Below, piece by piece: positions 61,921-64,000 of a stretch of DNA of 64,000 bases. The stretch spans positions 1 through 64,000 of the forward strand of contig MU006011.1 of NCBI GenBank assembly GCA_010093745.1. The letters are read 5' to 3'. The position numbers and the translations under genes were made by a program. The notes beneath the pieces are model-generated. The model worked only from the letters and a program-made list of their open reading frames with translations. It made no database searches and was not told the DNA's origin. How positions within the stretch are numbered: the stretch's first letter is position 1; every line of letters begins with the position of its first letter. This DNA comes from Piedraia hortae CBS 480.64. Lineage: Eukaryota.

Positions 61921-62060
61921 TGTTGCATTCAACATCGCCGCTAGCGCGTATGCTGGGCACTTACATAGTAAGTCAGCGATACCTCCTACACTACCAGCTG
62001 CACCCTAGGTTTTTCCCTCACAGTGTTCTCCCCTCAGGGTCATGTCATATGTGACATGGT
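61921..62060 (+). mobile_element. 5' part of a family A2 LTR, truncated at a family B LTR
   Basis: Matches the first ~140 bp of the 51504 LTR. Confidence 0.85.
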
Positions 62061-62288
62061 TGTTACGGCAAGACTGTGTGTGCGCGGGACGACCCGCGCT
62101 GCCTAGGCGCACAGGGAATTTGATACACGGACGCGCCCTGCTAGTTATTCATAGTTACGCTCGCTACCACGCACGGATGAACGGCGCTTCTGGATTGGTT
62201 TATAGTATCCTAGTTTCACAGTAGATAGCAGTCTGGATTGTCCTCGTTGTAGGGACTTATTGAACCTTTTCCTCTGAGCACCGTAATA
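62061..62288 (+). mobile_element. Solo LTR (family B)
   Basis: Reverse complement of 31985-32212; TGTTACG...CGTAATA termini; no TSD. Confidence 0.88.
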
Positions 62289-62582
62289 CGCGGCGCCATA
62301 TGCGAGATGAACACAAAAGGCGGGACCGTGAACAATATCTGTAATTCAGTGTCTATTGTAGTTTTGTTGTGCATACGTCCAAGATAGTATGGAACTTTCT
62401 CATTCGCCTGTACTGCCAAAGCGCAATTCTGTTTATACACGTCATCGGTTCACTTCATGGGTGCACACGCCACCGTTACCCCGTCTCATCGCACTTCACC
62501 TTTCAACACGATCATCGAAACCTTTGAAAAGTCTCATCCATTCTGAGTCTTGATTTTCTTGCCCACATATATCGTGCCCTCA

Positions 62583-64000
62583 ATGGGCGCGACGCTTAAA
62601 CTCGCAAGGAAAACCGCAGACTTTGAAGTTACACACTCCCATTTCACATGCTTCCGTGTCACAGACCTTAGATCCCGGTTCAAGACTCTCTAACATGCTC
62701 CTGCAAGCTCCAGCCCCAGTTATACTTCTGGAGAATTCCTTTCAGGATAGGAGGGCGTTGAGGCTCGACTCCCTGGCCGGTCTCCCATCCGATGATCGCA
62801 TGCTTGTTGAGAAAAAACTTTGTTCAAATAGTGACCTCGACCGGGATACGGCCCGCATAATGGCCTTGCAGTGTCAGAATCAAACAGAACGGTCCAATGG
62901 ATGGCAGAGTGGGATGAGAATGATTGGTCGACTGATGATGCAATTTGCGCCAGTATTTAAAGTCGCTACAAATGCCCAAGCAGGCGTGCTCAGCCTGCCT
63001 TGGACTGCTATCTGCTCCCTCTAAATGGTAAGCAGAAGTGGTCTGATTGATACCTTAAGTAACACTATCTCTACAGGTGGCTCAATAGGTTCACCAGCAG
63101 AATGAGTCAATCTGAAAAGGAATTGAATAGCACTAGACACAAGCTACTTCATCACCGTGTATCTTGATATCTACAGCCAGCTTATTGGCACGCCCTCGAT
63201 CACACATCTGTATGAGAACATTGTCAAGTTATATGGTCTTATCCTGATGTTCTTTTCGCGAAAATCGACAGAACAGGCGAAATGAACACGAGGAGAGTGT
63301 TATGCATTCGCTCGCGGATGAGGTTATACTGAGGTTCAGAACCTAAAACGACACATTGCTGGAAACTGTTGGGTCTCATGCAAGAGCTTGCAATGCTGAG
63401 GTATCCGCGGAAAAGAGGGCAGTTGTCCACAGCTAAAGGTGCTGAGAAGGCCCAGGAAGAGGTCAATGACGGAGTGAAGGGCATTCAACAAATCCTAGAT
63501 CTTTGTGCTCTTCCGATCGCTGATAAAGCAGCTTACAACTCCATGGACTACTGTAATCCCGATCACAATGGCGAGCTACAGCCGTGTCTGGACGGTACCT
63601 GGGTGCATATCAGGAAGAGAATAATGGCCTGGACCACCGCCAACGATCAAAGGGTAATGTGACTATCTGGAAATGCAGGGAGGGGTAAATCCACAATTGC
63701 CCGAACCGTTGCCTACGAACTAGGGAAACAGGGTTACTTGGTCGGAAGCTTCTTTTTCAAGCGTGGCCAGGGCAAAATTGCCGGATCACTGAAGTAACTC
63801 GACGCTGATTTGGCATTAAAGGGTCAGGAGAAAAAGCTCGGCCCCGCTACTGTCGCTTTGTCCAAAGACGGCCAATTGATTGCCTCACTGTCTCCACCTC
63901 AGAAACTAGGCCTTTGGAATGCTGGAACACAGATCTGCGGAAAAGAATTACTGGATGCGAGCCTTCTCAATATTACCTTGTCGTCTGGAAGCCTGGTCTT
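62583..64000 (+). pseudogene. Second NACHT-WD40 pseudogene, paralogue of the 27010 locus with a large internal deletion
   Basis: LAGLPSDDRMLV, SLPWTAI, same intron position, CLDGT, GRGKSTIARTVA, SFFFKRGQG, then a jump to WD40 VALSKDG. Confidence 0.88.

Noticed and set aside
51504..62060. Direct A2 LTRs as the ends of one retroelement carrying the virus-like island
   Set aside because: The left LTR has its own TSD, the right one is truncated and interrupts an ORF, and no gag/pol lies between them
1..64000. tRNA/rRNA genes, Starship captain tyrosine recombinase
   Set aside because: No recognisable structure or motif found by eye

Overview
Eukaryotic, filamentous-ascomycete (Pezizomycotina-type) genomic DNA, not prokaryotic; there is one assembly gap (45220-45800). 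Blocks of very compact, nearly intron-free housekeeping genes (Kip2-like kinesin, FYV4, STK19-like, DGA1, IES2, PEX14/17-like, PRP28, an aldo-keto reductase, DPH4, PRP39, CSA/Rad28-like, RRN10-like) alternate with decayed DNA. The decayed DNA holds many solo LTRs (eight with intact 5-bp target-site duplications), copia remnants, a ~9 kb DUF3638/DUF3645-type pseudogene and two NACHT-WD40 (fungal NLR) pseudogenes. Two regions stand out. (1) At ~52.7-61.9 kb, an eroded island carries an intronless, highly divergent TATA-binding-protein-like gene, a D5/SF3-like P-loop helicase and a Pif1/RecD-like helicase fragment among unassignable ORFs. This gene set suggests a relic of an endogenised large DNA virus or giant mobile element. 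(2) At ~36.4-39.2 kb, a same-strand mosaic of host gene fragments (AFG1, SDH1 twice, class I HDAC, KGD1) occurs, three of them fused without spacers. All family assignments come from manual motif recognition; no searches were run.
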